In this document: one piece after another, positions 48,889-64,000 of the stretch | Position numbering within the stretch: the first letter of the stretch is position 1 | Layout of the letters: each line of letters starts with the position of its first letter | From: Monocercomonoides exilis PA203 | Lineage: Eukaryota; Protista; Preaxostyla | Direction: 5' to 3' | Length of the DNA stretch: 64,000 nt | Assembly (NCBI GenBank): GCA_001643675.2 | Contig: LSRY02000013.1 | Coordinates: forward strand, 1,054,001-1,118,000 | Made by a program: the position numbers and the translations under genes | The notes under the pieces: generated by a model | The model's database searches: none | What the model was told of the DNA's origin: nothing | Seen by the model: the letters and a program-made list of their open reading frames with translations, nothing else

Positions 48889-51444
48889 CAGTCGGTGCCA
48901 AAGCCGATCCTTGGTGCGAAACACGATCCTTGTATAAGCATTGATCTTGTTCATTTCTGCAAAATTATCTCTATCTTGAATTTTTTAGAGATATTTCCAA
49001 GGCAGTTGCATCTGAAATAATCATTAATCAATTAAAAGAAACAACAAGAACACAATTCATTATATTGGCTGATGTTTTTGAAACCAATGAATCTTTTATT
49101 TTTTGTGTTCACAACAAAAAGAAATAAATCCAAATATTTATATTTGTGTTATTGCGAATAAAAATATATTATTAATATATAAAAATTAACAAATACATCA
49201 CTAATCAAAAGTTTCAATGATTATTCATTTGATCATACCCCATATATCATGAGTAACTCAACATATCTTTCTCCTCTTCAACTTCATCGTCAACTCGCAT
49301 CCAGCAAATATCGTTCCATTCCTTCGATAACCAAAAAGATATTTGCTATACGCAGTGATTATTCACTGAAATGGCAAACCGTTGTTGGTGAAAACATTAT
49401 TTCGAAAGGTGCATGGTTCAGAGGGGTTAAAGCAGAGAAGGAAGGAAGAGATGTTGGAGTAGATGGGCATCCTCTAACAATTAATGCGCGCCAGCTCGAA
49501 ACAATTGAAAATCAAGTCCTTGTGAAATTATCAGAAAAAGAAACAATTAAAGTGCATGACGTCCAAAACATGGTTTGGTTTATTTTTTGTTTTTTTTCTT
49601 TTAAAAAATAATTATCAAAGTGTGCGGATATTCTCGAAAAAGAATGTGGTGAAAACAAAGAGCCAAAAAAACTTAACGAAAAGTATGCATACAAGCTATT
49701 AAAAAGAAGTGAAATTATACATGCAGCAGTATCGAGACCTATTGAGTTATCAAAAATAGCAGCTCAATCGCCAGAGAATGTGAGACAATGGTTTGGAGAA
49801 TTGTCTGACGTTATTAGCAGGAATAACATTAATTCATCGAGTATATTTAATTTTGATGAATCTTCGTTGAATTTAAGTGAAAGCACAAGCAAACTGGTTG
49901 TTTGTCTAAAAAATCAAATTCCGCCTGCTTCAACAGCTCCTCCAAAAGTTCCTAATACAACTTTGTGTCTGTGTGTCTGTGCAGATGGTTCTTCACTGCA
50001 ACGATTTCTTCTTTGGCCCATGAAAAGTTTACCACAAGAATTTGCATCACTTTCTGCATTCGACATCAAAGTTCTTCCTTCTTCATCCGGTTGGATAACA
50101 AAAGAAATATTTAAAAACATCATGATCAATTTTTGGATACCAGCGATTGTCTCAAAAGTTAAGCCAACATCGACACATAAAGCCCTGTTCCTAATGGATA
50201 ATCATGGAACTCATTCAGACAATTCTGTGGCAGATTTTGCAGAGAAACACAATATTATTTTGAAGTGTTTTCCACCAAATATGACCCATCTGTTGCAACC
50301 GTGTGACTCGTGCATCTTTTCTCGTTTGAAAACAACTCTTTACAATAAATTTCACGTTCCTACACCGTTTTCGATACATTCCTACAGATCTTCCCTTGCA
50401 GAAACACTCCCCGAGGCGGTTGCTGCTGCGATTATGCCATCGACTATAAAAGCAGCGTTCATTAAAACAGGCGTATGGCCTGTTGCAGCTGCTCCAGTTT
50501 TGGATCGCATATCTGGATCTCCCATCCAAAATCACAAATGCAATTCTACTACTTCAGTTTCTTCGCAAGATTGGAGAGAAGAGTTATTTGGAAATTATTC
50601 TCCTCATAGTGATAAACAATTATCCACTTTGCAATCTTCAAAACATTCATCTCTCCACGATTCTGAAAAAACAAAAGAACGCCCAACATTGATCGATGAT
50701 CACAGCATAAATTCAACAACAAAATTTTCAACTGACGAAAACTCCACTGAAGAAAAATCATCAGAAGAAGCAAAAGAGATGGATGATTCAGAGCTTATGA
50801 AACAAATTGAATCGACAAAAGAGCATTTTCATTTTCTTCAAAAACAGCTGACGAAAATTAGAAAACCAACTTCATCTTCTTCTGAAAAGAAACCAAAGAA
50901 TAAACATAGTAGGCAAGAACTTAATGAAATGTTGAATAAAGAACCAGCAAAGGAAAAAAAATCTTTGAGAAAAAAAGCAAAGAGAGTAATTGAAATACTC
51001 AAAGACGATGAAAAAGAAGAGAAATTGACTTCGAGTGATGAAATAAAATATTTCGATCATCCTCCCAGAGAAATTTCTCCTTCATTTAATTCGAAAGAGA
51101 AACGCATTAGAGAAACATACTACTCTAAATACAACTGCAGCATAAAATTCTAGCCTTCATACCTTTTTGACGAATACATTTGAAGTTTTCTTTTTAAAGA
51201 ATTGCTTCATATCGATTATTTTTCACTAAACAAATAATAATACAAAAACAATATGTATTTTCTTTGTTTGCAATTTTATAAGAAAATTAATAACTCTGTT
51301 GCCAAATACCTGGTTTCAACGAATAGTTAAATATATTAAGTCTTTAATTGAAGAAATATTAAACAACTTCGAAAAATGATTGCATTCTCTCTCTCTCTCT
51401 TTTGGTTCGGGTTTCGCACCAAGGATCGGCTTTGGCACCGACTG
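48889..51444 (+). mobile_element. Intact pogo-like DD35D DNA transposon, copy B, 2556 bp
   Basis: Perfect 34-bp TIRs cagtcggtgccaaagccgatccttggtgcgaaac at 48889-48922 and 51411-51444. TA duplications at 48887-88 and 51445-46. Confidence 0.96.
49249..51153 (+). CDS. DDE_1 transposase (DD35D), about 618 aa after splicing
   Basis: Exon 1 is 49249-49572, followed by a 48-nt GT-AG intron at 49573-49620 and an open exon 2 at 49621-51153. Motifs FNFDES, LMDNHGTH and HLLQPCD. Confidence 0.93.
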
Positions 51445-52333
51445 TATGTTGGGGTGAGTGGAAGTGATACGAGCAATCTGTGTGGGATGAGCGAGTCAGC
51501 ACTTTGCAAGACCGTGGGGCATGCAGTGGATGTGAGTTTGATTCAACTGAACTCGACAATCACAGTACTTGATGGAAAGCATGTGAGCGAAAAGGAAACA
51601 ATCAATGTTGGGGAAAAGAAGATAAATGTTTTGGGAAAAGGAAAGGAGACGAGTGTGATTGGAACGAATTCTCTTTCTTCCTCTTCGACAACGCTGTTCA
51701 GTGTGGCAAGCGGGCAGCTGGATGTGATTTCTGTTTGAGTCGAAATATAATTGTTGACTGAAATAACAGAAAATACCAGATCTGATGGATGGCATCCAAT
51801 AATTGCATTTGTTTTTTTAATGACTCTGCCACAGCCACCAATACGGCTGTATAGTTGAAAAAAACTCGATTCAGCTGCATACTTAAAAATATCGACTATA
51901 TTCCCTTAGATGGTGCCGAACACCATATCTGCTCAGGGGTGCAAATTTTTTTTCAAAACGCTTTCCACTTTTCTGCTTTCTTCATATATATGCATCTTAA
52001 ACAATTATTTATTTATTTATTAATTTATTTATTTATTGCTTTTTTTTTTATTTATTATTTTATTTTATTATTATTATTATTTTTGTTAAAACTCTGAAAA
52101 ATTAAAAATATATTTTTGTTTGCTTTTGTTTTCAAATCATGTGAACTCTCATTTAAGAGCTCTAAGAGCGTTTGCAAGCGTGCTGACGTTCATTAGCATC
52201 TTTTCAAAAACAAAGCAAAACAATCATACCGTTTTATTTTTGAGTTATCTGTGAATACGCAGCAAAAGAAAGTGAAAAATAAACAATGAAACAAACAAAT
52301 TGAATAGAAAACTGAACTGAACAAAAAAGAGAT

Positions 52334-52573
52334 GGGTAATTCTTTTTGAAAAGTCACAAATGTTTAATTTTCAAATGAATCAAAATTTTCATATTTAGCT
52401 CGAATTTTTATAAACATTCAGGAAACTTCACCAGAATTCATGAAATTGCATTATCCAATAATGGATTCCATATTTGGAAAGTTTGGTGCTTGTAAACAGA
52501 AATTTGAGCCAAATATTAAATTTTTGTTTTATTTGAAAATTAATCATTTGTGACTTTTCAAAAAGAATCACCC
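52334..52573. mobile_element. 240-bp MITE with GGG..CCC termini and a 4-bp AGAT target duplication
   Basis: ~70-bp imperfect TIRs gggt(a/g)attctttttgaaaagtcacaaatg(t/a)ttaattttcaaat... AGAT lies at 52330-33 and 52574-77. Confidence 0.8.
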
Positions 52574-52679
52574 AGATCGTAGAAAGAAAAGATAAATCAA
52601 CAATGCGAATGAGAAATAATTGAGCACACAGTGTTTGAAATCTTTCAAAAAAAAAAACAAGATAATTTATCGTGAATTT

Positions 52680-53600
52680 TCTAAGATGTTACCATCCCTT
52701 GATGCATTGGATCTTTCTGATATCAATTTGTCTTTGCCTGTACTCTTCCTCCTCCATCATCCTTTCCAACACAATCAACACGCACATATGTTTTCCATTT
52801 CTTCTCCTATCCTCGCTTTTTTAAAATTTAACTTCCCCTCAATCTCTTTCATTGAACACATCAACGCCTATTGCCGATGTTTCTTCTTGAGGAATATGAC
52901 CATTCAGAATCTCCTTTTCTTTTCTCACAAGTTCAGAAAGTGCTCATTCTTTCCTCAACTTCTCATCTCACCACAATTCATCCATCATCCTTTCTCTTTT
53001 TTCTTCACTCATTTCTTCAGCTTCTTTCGACTGTATCTCTTCTCTGAAACGTGCAGCTGATTTCACTTCCGTCACAAACAAGAGATATTCAATGTCGTTC
53101 CTTCAATCTCAATGTGCGAAAATTTGTCACTAACAAACACTCCTTTGAACCTTTCATTTTCCCGCTGCAACTTCTTTTCTCCATATTCTTTTCCATCTTT
53201 TTCTTCACACAATTACCCATCAAGGCCCCATATTAAAACAAAGCTCCTGTGTCCTGTCCAAATTCGTCTGGCGCACTGAATCTTCATCGTAGCTTCTGTA
53301 GGGCTAAACCATCTTCTTCCCTAACTGTTTTGAACATCCAATCATCTGCTCAACTGCTTATTTCTTTTCCAACTTTTTCTGACATCGCTTGAAGCTAATA
53401 ATTAACTACAAATTTCTTCTTTCTCCTCTTCGCCTTCGATTCTGATGTCTTGCCATGTTTATCATTTTTTCTCATTGAACTTCTTCATGATTTTGTCAAG
53501 GCATCATTCACGCAGAATGCTCTCTTCAATCACTCATCACTTCTTTCCTATGAAAAACATTGTCAAATGCTTCTATCATTTTGTCAATCGTTCAGTATGG
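52680..53600 (-). pseudogene. Degenerate coding-like remnant inside the long-TIR element
   Basis: Purine-rich, codon-like minus strand with many stops; family not identified. Confidence 0.3.
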
Positions 53601-54081
53601 AATGAAAAAAAAATTTTTTTTATTCAAATGATGATATTATTATTATCAACAATTTTATAAAAAAAGAAGCATATTCACCTTTGAAAATTGTTGTTTTTTA
53701 CATTGCATAAAATACAACAACTATAATTGTGTGCACGCAAGAATATGTTCCTAATAATTAATCAGTCAAATATTGCGAAATAATAAATAAAATCTGAATA
53801 AACTATCCAGAAACAGCAGCGATAATAATATTTCTTTTTCAATGATCTCATTGCAAATTTCGTTTGTTCATTAGAAAAGAAATAAATTGAATTTCTTAAT
53901 TTTGCGATCATAACGAAAAAATTATGGGTTTCGAAAAACAGAAAAAATTTTCAATTTCATGATGGAAGAATTTCGACTTTTTCCATCAGCAGTTTGTTTG
54001 CAATAATTATTAGAATTAATAATATGCTAATAAAAAAATTAAAAAACCACTTTCCAAACTGGTACAAAATAGACCTATGCC

Positions 54082-54082
<1 letters not shown>

Positions 54083-54148
<66 letters not shown>
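54083..54148. repeat. Poly-T tract (66 nt)
   Basis: Directly visible; abuts the right 220-bp TIR. Confidence 0.95.
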
Positions 54149-54149
<1 letters not shown>

Positions 54150-54451
54150 AGTAATCAATATTTGTGAATGAATAAATCTCTCAAACTTTTATTGATTACT
54201 TGAAAATAAAGTATTTTTATTTTTAATAGATATTTAAACAAACTTCAACAAAAAATCAAGAGGAAATTTGTCACAAAAACAATCAAAAAGATAATCTGTG
54301 ATCAACAATATGGTTTCTTGAATAAATACTTTTGAACTCATTTTACCCATGAAATGGATAAGTTTTTATTAATAACTTTGTATTATATGAAATTTGCATT
54401 TTTTTCCAACTGTTTATAAAAATGCCCATAATATTATAGTTATAATAAAAA

Positions 54452-55636
54452 ATGATAAGCCCGGAACAAGTTAAAGAAAATTTATCTGATGTATTGAATG
54501 AAATAAAGGAAGAAACAGAAAAAGCTGGGCGCACTTCTGCTCCAACATTGGTAGCGGTTTCAAAGACAAAGCCAATTGATTTGATAATGGCTGCATATTC
54601 AAATGGCCAGAGGCATTTCGGTGAAAATTACGTTCAAGAAATAGTTGAAAAAGCTCCAAAGGTTTGCAATAACACATCTTTTTCATTTTTATTTTCGTAA
54701 AGCTTCCAACAGACATCATTTGGCATTTTATTGGACATTTGCAAAGTAATAAAGTTAAGGACCTTATTAGTCTGCGTTAATTTAAAATTTTATTTAAATT
54801 ATTTTTGCGTTATTTGCTTAAAAATGATTTTTCCCCATCACAAAAGATGGAGTACCCAATCTCGGATTTATTCATGGAGTTGATTCTGAAAAACTTGCAA
54901 CGAAATTGCAACATCAACTTGAACTCACACACAGAACGATTCAAGCAATGATCGAAGTTAGAACAAGCCCCGAAGAAAGTTTATTAAATTTTAGATTAAC
55001 ATATTTTTGTGGATAGTTTTGTTTCGTTTGAAATTTAGGCAAGGTTGGAGGCGTGGAAACTTCCAATGTCTTTCCACTTGCAAAGTTTATTCTCGAAAAA
55101 TGTCCAAATATAAAATTGATTGGATTAATGACAATTGAGCAACCTGGGAATTGGACTTGCTTTGATGTTTGAATTGAAATTAGTTAGTTTAACTCAAATA
55201 ATTTACAAAATTGTTTTTGACTTTTTTGCCATTAACCATTTTTAAAGAAATTAGCAGAACTGTCAAAATCCCTTTCATCTCAGATAAATTTAGGCACTTC
55301 TGATGTTCCTTCGACGAGTTCCGAACCTTCTTCATCAACATCATCGGAAAAACATGAAAATATTTCATTGGAACTTAGCATGGGAATGTCTGACTCATTT
55401 AAAGAGGCTGTATGCTTATCAAAAGCGATTTATATATTTTTGTTCATATGATATTAATGATTTTTAAAAATGTATCATGCAATTTTTCTTTATCTATTGT
55501 TCAGATTAAAAGAGGTGCAACTTATGTTCGCATTGGATCGACGATATTCGGAAAAAGAGAAAAAAAGACTTCAAAGACTGATGAAGTCAAAGAGATCTCA
55601 AAGGATTCGATAAAAGAAGAAGAAAAGAAAGATTAA
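54452..55636 (+). CDS. PLPBP: Pyridoxal phosphate homeostasis protein (YggS/PROSC), multi-exon
   Basis: [44 protein letters not shown] and [13 protein letters not shown] across about six exons. Confidence 0.93.
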
Positions 55637-55898
55637 AAAGATTCATTTTTTTGCAAACAATTTAATTTTTTAAATAATTGAATTTAAATCAACTGATATT
55701 CTATATGTATATTGGTAGACAGATCACAAAGATCAATCCTTTTGGGCAGGTAGACGTTTGCATATTTGAATAATACACATAAAAAATTTAAAATATGTTT
55801 AATATCATTATGTTATAATTATATTTCGTGCTTTCAAATCCTTTTACCAACCTTAAGAATTTTTCTCTCGAAACAATTTTACCTCGGTTTTTTCAAAG

Positions 55899-61133
<5,235 letters not shown>

Positions 61134-61658
61134 TTTTTATTTTATTTAATTTTATTTTATAATTTTAAAATTTTATTTTCCCATTTTTTTCATTGGACTC
61201 ATCTGCATTTCAATGGTTTCTTATGCACATATGAACATTTTGTCTTATAAAAAAGGAAAGAAATTTGTTATTTTATTTTATTTTATAATATTTTATTTAT
61301 TTATTTATGGAATTTTTTTTTTATTTTTATTTCTTTCAAATAATACTCTCAGTATATTTTTGCATGTTACATTTGTTTGTCTTTCCTCACTGCGATGCTT
61401 GAAAGCTTTTTAAACAAACAGATTCTTTATTGTTTGCAAATGGTATTTGCGACTTCAATTCATATCGATATTTATATAATTATTGCTTTTGATTGTGATT
61501 CTTACTGTAATGAATAATGCATGATTTTTATTCTTCTTTAATCATTTCATCATATCATTACGTTTCATGAAGTTATAAGATTACTAATCGAAAATAACAA
61601 TAAATATGATCAGATAGATATCCTTTAATTTTTTTATCATTAATTTGAATATAAATTT

Positions 61659-62226
61659 ATGTCCTCTGAACATCGAGAAATAAGTGAATCAAAAGTGAAA
61701 ATTCCTTCCACTTTAGATTATTTTGTGTATTTAAAGACAAGAATTGGTTTGACAATTCTTTCTTGTGAATTGTTCTTTTTTGAAAATATATATTGAAAAG
61801 GAGATATTGATGACGAACGCAAAGATTGGCTGAGCTTATTTGATGAAGTGCAAATTCCAGAAGAATTGGCTCATAGAAGAGCTGCACGACTTGAAAAAAG
61901 AAGACTTGAGAAGCAATATGTCCAAAAAGATTTTGACGAACTTCAAGAAACTTCTGGAAAATCTGAAGAGCTTCTGAGGCAGTATGCGGAAGAAAATGCA
62001 AGGCTAAAAGGTGTTTTTTCATTAATACTCATTTATCCACTAAAAAGATTTTTTATCTCGATTTAGCTCAACTGGCACAAGATGAAGAGAATATAAAAAC
62101 TCTAAGTAAATTTTCTGGAGCTGTTGGTCCCGGTATTAATCTTTTTAAATATAAATCACATCTTAATGACTTTTCATTTTATTTTTAGATCTAACATTTT
62201 TCTTGGACGAAGATAGATTTCATTGA
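61659..62226 (+). CDS. Small multi-exon coiled-coil protein, possibly similar to the CCDC77 N-terminus
   Basis: Exons give DIDDERKDWLSLFDEV..ELLRQYAEENARLK|AQLAQDEENIKTLSKFSGAVGP|DLTFF. The resemblance to CCDC77 (LRLYSENDRL..ED.KKIQ.LL) is from memory only. The 5' exons are uncertain. Confidence 0.45.
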
Positions 62227-62679
62227 AAAAGATACACAAACAATTTCATAAGAAAAAGTCTTGACAATTGTTCATACAATTGAAAAAAACCCAAAAATAT
62301 TCAAAAGTGATTGTGATACAGTAAAACATTCAGAAATACATTATTTTATATAAAGAATTGTCACAACTCTTCTTTTGTTGATTCTAAGTCTTACAGTCTT
62401 CACATATGCCCAAAATGCAAATTGTTGTTAATTTTTGTCAAGTCTCACGCTTTGCTCATGTATTTTAATCCATTTTTTTGTTTTCACGCTCTTTGTCATC
62501 ATTTAAATTACACATAATCCACGACTTAAAAAAGTGAACAAAATAAAACAACTTGTGAATTTTAAAATTAAAATGTTCTCCAACGTACCAATGCGAGAAT
62601 GTGAATAAATACTAATGTTGCTATTATAATTTTAACTGCATTGTCCATTGAAATTTACAGTTAATTTGATCTTTGATCG

Positions 62680-63438
62680 ATGATTCCCAATACCCAGAAA
62701 AGAAGAACAAAGATGAGCAAAGCAGAGGTTAAAGCGGAAGAGATCAAAAAGACAGAGGACGATAGCGAAATCCCCGAGCTTGAGCCCGTTACGGAGGAAA
62801 AGAAGGACGGAGAGAAGAAGGAAGCAGCAGCTGCCCACGGACACGAAGGCCACGATCATGCTCACGACCATGCACACGACCACGCTCACGAGCATGGAGA
62901 CGAATCGAAGCAGACAAAGGCGGAGCGCAAAGCAAGGAAGGCAGCAAAGAATCTGGGACTGAAGCAGATTGCAGATGTGCGCCAAATGGTTGTGAAGAGC
63001 CAGAAGAGCGTGCTGTTCTCCGTGGACAACCCCGACACATTCCAGGTGCGCGGGTCTGATTCGTTCATTGTGTTTGGCGCTTTGCGCATGGATGATCCGA
63101 CATCACGTGCACAACAGGCAGCAGCTGATCAGTTCAAGGGCGATATCCCATCTTCGATGCTGAGCCCCGAGGCGATGAACGATCTAATTTCGAAGATCAC
63201 AAAGGAGGCAGGCGCAGCAGGCGTGGGTGCAGCCGCTGAAGCTGGGGCAGCAAAGGAAGGAGAGGGCAAGAAAGCAGCAGAGGCAGAAGACGACAAAGAT
63301 GTGGATGTCACAGGGCTGAACGAAGACGAGCTGCAGATTGTGATGCAGCAGGCGAATGTGTCGAAGGCGAAGGCTGTCGAGGCACTTCGTGCAAGCGATG
63401 GAGATTACATCCAAGCAATCATTTCGTTGACGAAGTAA
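62680..63438 (+). CDS. NACA: Nascent polypeptide-associated complex subunit alpha
   Basis: EIPELE, KQTKAERKARKA..LGLK, LFSVDNPDTF..SDSFIVFG and a C-terminal UBA-like IVMQQANVSKAKAVEALR..GDYIQAII. The true start may be 62713. Confidence 0.95.
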   Translation: MIPNTQKRRTKMSKAEVKAEEIKKTEDDSEIPELEPVTEEKKDGEKKEAAAAHGHEGHDHAHDHAHDHAHEHGDESKQTKAERKARKAAKNLGLKQIADVRQMVVKSQKSVLFSVDNPDTFQVRGSDSFIVFGALRMDDPTSRAQQAAADQFKGDIPSSMLSPEAMNDLISKITKEAGAAGVGAAAEAGAAKEGEGKKAAEAEDDKDVDVTGLNEDELQIVMQQANVSKAKAVEALRASDGDYIQAIISLTK

Positions 63439-64000
63439 AGGAAGAAAAGAACATGAAGGCAGCAGTTTGTGGGTGCTTACGCCCGTGGCTGCAAAATCTC
63501 ACTTCCATTCATTTTTTAGTTTTTTTTCTCGAAATGGAAAATATAAAAAAAGTTCATTAAAACGCATTTATAATTCTTTTTTTTTTTTTTGTTGAAGCAA
63601 TTAACAATGATGTGCTTTTGGCATGCTTGTACAATATGGAAGGTTTCAAAACGAAGTTAAGCTGTTTCGTTGTTGAATTTTAAGATTAATTAGCATGAAT
63701 CACGTGAATTATCAGCTGAAATTCATTTTTTAGCTTTTAGAAATAAAAGTAGAAAAAATCGGTTTTAACAGGATTCGCAAAATGTTTCTCTCATTCAAAA
63801 AAATGTTGATTCAAATACGATATGTTGAATTTCTGTTTTGAAGAAAGTGCTTATTTTTAAAGTAAAATTTATTTATTTATATTTTTTTTTCCAAATTACG
63901 TTTCTCCAAATTGTTTCATTACAAATAATTGAACAAAGAAAGAGACAATTAGATTGAATAGAACATCGTTTAGCGATTTATGAAATAAAAATCCAAAATC

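Larger units (their letters stand above)
48410..51738 (+). pseudogene. Internal fragment of a surface-protein family gene, interrupted by transposon B
   Basis: Removing 48889-51446 restores ..KKDWLKEGMKDRYVGVSGSDTSNLCGMSESALCKTVGHAV.. in frame. FFHDC..GHDVYF and CG....C.T motifs resemble the giant proteins. The fragment is truncated at both ends. Confidence 0.8.
47941..54082. mobile_element. Unclassified 6142-bp element bounded by perfect 220-bp terminal inverted repeats
   Basis: 47941-48160 (cggcataggtctattttgtaccag...aatgaacaaa) is the reverse complement of 53863-54082. The flanks are (CTT)n on the left and a 66-nt T run on the right. Confidence 0.75.

Overview
AT-rich, intron-containing eukaryotic DNA. 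The gene families and standard genetic code suggest an oxymonad protist, most like Monocercomonoides; this is recognition, not a search result. Housekeeping genes: PTH2, RPS28 (missed by the ORF track), a METTL16 with large low-complexity insertions, PLPBP/YggS, a YAK1-type DYRK kinase and NAC-alpha. Lineage-specific families: two giant intronless single-pass surface proteins (2588 and 2943 aa) ending in a kinase C-lobe remnant, and four copies of a helical protein family. The mobile content is rich. There are three divergent TA-targeting pogo-like DD35D transposons that share an intron position (one intact and inserted into a surface-gene fragment) and two MITEs. There is also a ~1.05-kb near-perfect palindrome and an unclassified 6.1-kb element with perfect 220-bp terminal inverted repeats that encloses host-gene fragments and nested elements. 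All coordinates and splice models were read by eye.
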